The position numbers and the translations under genes are program-made. Shown one piece after another: positions 62,770 through 64,000 of a stretch of 64,000 nucleotides of DNA. Source of the DNA: Cenococcum geophilum (taxonomy: Eukaryota); the NCBI GenBank assembly GCA_050273025.1, contig CP158635.1, forward strand, positions 19,344,001-19,408,000, read 5' to 3'. Under the pieces are notes generated by a model that was not told the DNA's origin, made no database searches, and saw only the letters and a list, made by a program, of their open reading frames with translations. The number at the start of each line of letters is the position of its first letter. Position 1 is the stretch's first letter.

Positions 62770-64000
62770 CCCTATTGGGCCCACGCGGACTACTCCTTAT
62801 ATACATGTGGGGAGAAAACTCTATTTAAGAAAACCCCGTGATCTATCTCCCCGCCTTTTAGGACTCGCCTACGAGGCGCCTACGAGGCGCCTGCGAGTCA
62901 CCTATAGTGCTCCTACTACCTTACTTTTTAACCTCCTTAGGAACCACTGCTGCCGTAATAAGCCTACGGACGCGCTAGTATCGTAAACTTTACTCTACTA
63001 CTATAGAGTTAACAGGGGGCACCCGTTGCTCGCTCCCCTGCCTTCTATTACTATTTCCTTTGCAACCCAGAACTGGTTTAGTACATTTTGGCTAATAAGC
63101 TACTGGGTAACCGCCTTAAGGCCTTTTTATATTAAGAGTAGTGTCTTATAGTTCTCTATACTAGCTACTAAAAGCATTACTTCTTAGTTAGTATATAAGG
63201 GGTATAGTAGTATTACATGCTTTAGTGTCTGTCTTAGCTAGCCATATTTGCATCTAGGGCTACCTACTAGGATACCTATCCAGTAGAGCTAGTCTTTTAG
63301 TCCTATTACTCCTGTTCTTAAGAGTGTTGCTATTATATTTTCTGCCTTTATTAGGCCTTCTTAGAGCCCTAAAGTGTTTACCCCCTATAGCGTTAACTAT
63401 GCTACGGCTTAGGTTCTTCTTGCCTTAGTTAGCCTCTATACCTTTAACTCCTATACGCCTCTCTAGCGTTGGTCTAGCTAGTATTATATTATGGTAGTTA
63501 GTTTCCTGGTATTCTTTTATACTTTACTTTAGCTCTTTTTTCTCTCTTACTATTATCCTTGCTGGCCTCTTACGCGTTTCCCTTTCTCCTCTATATAGGC
63601 CTGGGCCCTAAAGCAGTACTATTCTTCTTCTGCTTTCTTTACCTGTTTCTCTAATATATCTTCCCTACTTTGGGGTTGTTAGTTTGTTCTTCTATAAGGC
63701 GCCCTAAGGTCCCTCTATAGTTTATTTAGGCGTGTCTTAATATACTTTATAATATTAAAGTTACGTTCCTTTTACGCCCTTTATATTATAGCGGCTTTAA
63801 TATATAGTTATAGGGGGGGAATATTAGCTTCCTTCTTAAGTAGTGCTGTGGCCGTTCGCTTATATCCGCCTATTATACTTTAGAGGTAGGCTGTTTAGAC
63901 CTTTTGGAGTAGTTTAAGGAGTAATTTAGGGGGGCCTTTTTTAGATTCTCTAATGGCCTAAATACTGGACCTATATGTTATGGTTGGCTGGATAACTGCT
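62770..64000. other. Unclassified RIP-degraded repetitive DNA
   Basis: TpA-rich, no open frames, short 11-bp repeats at ~62867-62900. Family not recognised. Confidence 0.4.

Overview
Filamentous ascomycete (Pezizomycotina) genomic DNA with a strongly compartmentalised layout: an intact gene island (~13.0-38.3 kb) lies between AT-rich blocks of RIP-degraded (CpA->TpA) mobile DNA. The island holds an NLR-like gene (HeLo-like N-terminus, NACHT, near-identical ankyrin repeats), a frameshifted low-complexity orphan ORF, cytoplasmic dynein heavy chain divergent from mitochondrial ribosomal protein S12, and two small secreted Thr/Cys-rich proteins. The ORF track misses these two; they share a cysteine scaffold I do not recognise. 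A signal-peptide-bearing crotonase sits at 53.7-54.8 kb. The repeat blocks resolve into four Ty3/Gypsy elements, one complete Ty1/Copia, a split hAT transposon, solo/mini LTRs and small foldback elements; three insertions have clear 5-bp TSDs. Hand-translation of the RIP-mutated DNA reveals relics of Starship giant-transposon genes on both sides: a DUF3435 tyrosine-recombinase 'captain' (3.8-5.1 kb, minus) and a DUF3723 gene (55.6-62.4 kb, minus). It also reveals an antisense ORF with Zn2Cys6-type cysteine spacing inside a Gypsy element. All family assignments come from manual motif recognition, not database searches.
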